A stretch of 64,000 nt of DNA, from NCBI GenBank assembly GCA_038087875.1, contig CM075997.1:7752001-7816000 (forward strand), read 5' to 3'. Both the position numbers and the translations under genes were made by a program. Below the pieces are notes generated by a model that saw only the letters and a list, made by a program, of their open reading frames with translations, did not search any database and was not told where the DNA came from. Within the stretch, counting starts at the first letter, position 1; each line of letters starts with the position of its first letter. Shown piece after piece: positions 60,648 to 64,000 of the stretch. This stretch comes from Malacoraja senta. Taxonomy: Eukaryota.

Positions 60648-63600
60648 ATAGAAACATAGAAACATAGTAAATAGGTGCAGGAGGAGGCCATTCAGCCAGT
60701 CGAGCCATCACCGCCATTCATTGTGATCATGGCTGATCGTCACATATCAATAATCCGTGCCTGTCTTCTCCCCATCTCCCTTGACTGCACTAGCCCCTGG
60801 AGATGTATCTAATTATCTCTTAAATCCATACAGTGACTTCGCCTCCACTGCCCTATGTGGCAGGGAATTCCATAAATTCTCAACTCTCTGGGTGAATTTT
60901 TTTTTTCTCACCTCAGTCTTAAATGACCTCCCCTTTATAAGACTGTGGCTCCTGGTTCTGGATTCGCCCAACATTGGGAACATTTTCCCTGCATCTAGCT
61001 TGTCCTGTGCTTTTATGATTTTATATGTTTCTATAAGATCCCCCCTCAACCTTCTAAACTACAGTGAATACAATCCTAGTCTTTTCAATCTTTTATCATA
61101 TGACAGTTCCGCCATCCCAGGGATCAATCTCGTAAACCTACGCTGCACTGCTTCTATCACAAGGATGTCCTTCCTCAAATTAGCAGAGAAAAACTGTACA
61201 CAATACTCCAGATGTTGTCGCACCAGAGCCCTATACAACTGCAGAAGAACCTCTTTACTCCTATACTGAAATCCTCTTGTTATGAAGGCCAACATTCCAT
61301 TAGCTTTCTTCACTGCCTGCTGCACCTGCACGCCAACTTTCAGTGACCGGTGTACAAGGTCGCCCAGGCTCGCTGCACCCTCCCCCTTGCCTTACCTAAC
61401 CCAATTGAGATAATAATCTGCCCCTTATTTTTACCGCCAATGTGGATAACCTCACATTGATCTATATTATACTGCATCTGCAACGCATCTGCCCTCTCAC
61501 TCAACCTGTCTAGGTCACCCTGCAACCTCTTAACATCCTCTTCACTGTTCACACTGCCTCCCAGCTTTGTGTCATCCGCAAACTTGCTAGTGCTGCTCCT
61601 AATTTCCTCTTCCAAATCATTAATATAAATGGTAAACAGTTGCGGCCCCAACACCGAGCCTTGCGGCACTCCACTCGCCACTGCCTGCCATTCTGAAAAG
61701 TACCGGTTCACTCCTACTCTTTGCTTCCGGTCTGCCCACCAATTAGCTGCCAACCAATCCATGTCAACAATCTACCCCCAATACCATGTGCTCTAATTTT
61801 AGTCACCAGTCTCCCGTGCGGGACCTTATCAAAGGCTTACTGAAAGTTTAGATACTCTACATCCACTGGCACCCCTTCATCCATTTTACTCGTCACATCC
61901 TCAAAAAATTCCAGAAGATTAGTCAAGCATGATTTCCCGTTCAGAAATCCATGTTAGACTTGGACTAATCATTTTACTGCTATCCAAATTCCCCATTATT
62001 ACCTCTTTAATAATTGCCTCCAGCATCTTTCCCACCACCGAAGTCAGGCTAACTGGTCTGCACTTCCCCGTTTTCTCTCTGGCTCCTTTCTTGAAAAGTG
62101 GGATAACATTAGCTATCCTCCAATCCACAGGAACTAATCCTGAATCTATTGAACATTGGAAATTATCACCAATGCGTCCACTATTTTTAGAGCCACCTCC
62201 CTGAGGACACTGCGATGCAGACATCAGGTCCAGGGGATTTAACATCCTTCAGTCCCATTACCCTACCCAATACTATTTCTCGCCTAATGAAAATTTCTTT
62301 CAGTTCCTCTACCCTCCTCCAGTACATCTGGGTGATTATTTGTGTCTTCCTTTGTGAAGACAGATCCGAAGTACCTATTCAACTCTTCTGCCATCTCCTT
62401 GTTGCCCATAATAATTTCACCCGTGTCTGCCTTCAAGGGACCCACATTTGACTTTACTTCTCATTTTCCCTTAACATATCTAAAGACGCGTTTACTGTCC
62501 TTCTTTATATTCCTGGCCAACTTCCCTTCATGCTTCATCTTTTCGGCCCGTAATGCCCGCTTAGTTCCTCGTTGTTTACTTTCTGTTCCTATGAAAATTT
62601 CCCAATCCTCTGGCTTCCGGACACTCCTTCGCTGTGGTATACATCTTTTCTTTTAGTTTTATTATATCCCTAACTTCTCTTGTCAGCCTCGGTTGCCTTC
62701 TACTCCCCTTAGAATCTTTCTTCCTTTTTGGAATGAAATGATCCTCATCTTCCGGATTATGCCCAGAAATTCCTGCCATTACTGTTCCACCGTCATTCCT
62801 GCTAGTATCCCTTTCCAGTCTACTTTGGCCAGCTCCCCTCTCATGCCTTCATAGTCCCCTTTCTTCAACTGCATCACTGCCACTTCCGATTTAACGTTCT
62901 CCTTCTCAAATTGCAGATTAAAACTAATCATATTATGATCACTACCTCCAAGCGTTTCCTTTACCTCGAGTTCTCCTATCATATCTGGTTCATTGGTCAA
63001 CACTAAATCCAGAATTTCCTTTTCTCTGGTCGGCTCCATTACAAGCTGCTCCAAGCATCCATCTCGGAGGCATTCCATAAAACTTTCTTTCTTGGGGTCC
63101 TGAAGCAACCTGATTTTCCCAGTCTACCTACATATTGAAATCCCCCATCACCACAGTGGCATTACCTTTGTTACATGCCAGTTTTAACTCCTGCTGCAAC
63201 TTACACCCTACATCCGGGCTACTATTTGGGTGTCTGTAAATTACACCAATTAGTGTCTTCCTGCCTTTGCTATTCTTCAACTCAATCCATAGTGACGCCA
63301 CCTCGTTAGTCCCTATGTCTCCCCTCGCAAAGGACTGAATTCCATCCCTCACCAGCAGAGCTACCCCACCTCCTCTACCCACCTGCCTGTCCTTTCTATA
63401 GGATGTATATCCCTGAATATTAAGATCCCAGGCCCGACCCCCCTGCAGCCACGTCTCAGTTAACCCCACAATGTCATATCTACCAACCTCTAACTGGGCC
63501 TCAAGCTCATCTACTTTACTTCTTATACTTCGCGCATTCATATACAATACTTTTAATTCCTTACGCATCTCACCTCTCACATCGATCAATATTACACTTG

Positions 63601-64000
63601 GCCATACGCTCCTATCCCTTAGTGAGCTTCCTTTCACGTTAATTCTGGGGGTCATTAACCATATCTTTACTCTCTTTGCCTTTAACTCCGTCTTCGACTA
63701 TCCCATTTGACACCCCACCCCCCTTATTCAGTTTAAAACCACCCGTGTAGCAGTGGCAAACCTTCCTGTCAGAATGCTGGTCCCCCACCTGTTAAGATGC
63801 AATCGGTCCCTTTTGTACAGTTCCCCCTTACTCCAAAACAGATCCCAGTGATCTAAGAACCAAAACCCTGCCCCCTGCACCAATTCCTCAGCCACACATT
63901 CAGGTCCCGTATCTCTCTGTTCCTGCTCTCACCAGCACGAGGAACAGGAAGGAAACCGGAGATAACAACCTTGGATGTCCTGTTTTTCAGCATTTTTCCG
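60648..64000 (-). mobile_element. CR1 LINE (same subfamily as 12267-15711), running off the window within ORF1
   Basis: Tail catagaaacatagaaacatag at 60648, broken ORF2 (YMNARS..KFADDTK), and the ORF1 esterase end at ~63735-64000. Confidence 0.95.

Overview
This is eukaryotic, vertebrate DNA made almost entirely of repeats. The mix of CR1 LINEs with an SGNH-esterase ORF1, V-domain tRNA SINEs, Penelope elements and AT-rich L1 suggests a cartilaginous fish such as a skate or ray (inference). I found no intact host gene. The only host-gene trace is one Na+/Ca2+ exchanger (SLC8A/NCX, most like SLC8A2) exon at 18649-19265, broken by a CR1 insertion. Main structures: (1) 1-9.5 kb, a Gypsy gag-pol shattered by nested CR1 and Penelope insertions. 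(2) 19574-44205, the two ends of a hAT element with an 8-bp TSD enclosing 24.6 kb of other repeats. (3) Inside it, 20837-38835, an ~18-kb head-to-tail array of 24 non-autonomous Helitrons on the minus strand (hairpin plus CTAG 3' end, TC 5' end). The array carries dozens of YY1-type AAGATGGCG motifs, has higher-order repeats, and has junctions suggesting serial insertion into the element's own TCTA|T 5' end. (4) 44.4-53.6 kb, a four-level nest: SINE, then CR1, then a full-length Gypsy, then a Harbinger-type MITE. (5) 54486-58696, a DIRS1-type tyrosine-recombinase retrotransposon with ITRs and ICR inserted in an L2 fragment. That L2 is cut 6 bp further on by a degenerate telomere-like (TCATTAGGGTTAGGG)n tract. 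All coordinates were read by eye. Boundaries with a TSD are exact; the others are approximate to roughly 10-30 bp.
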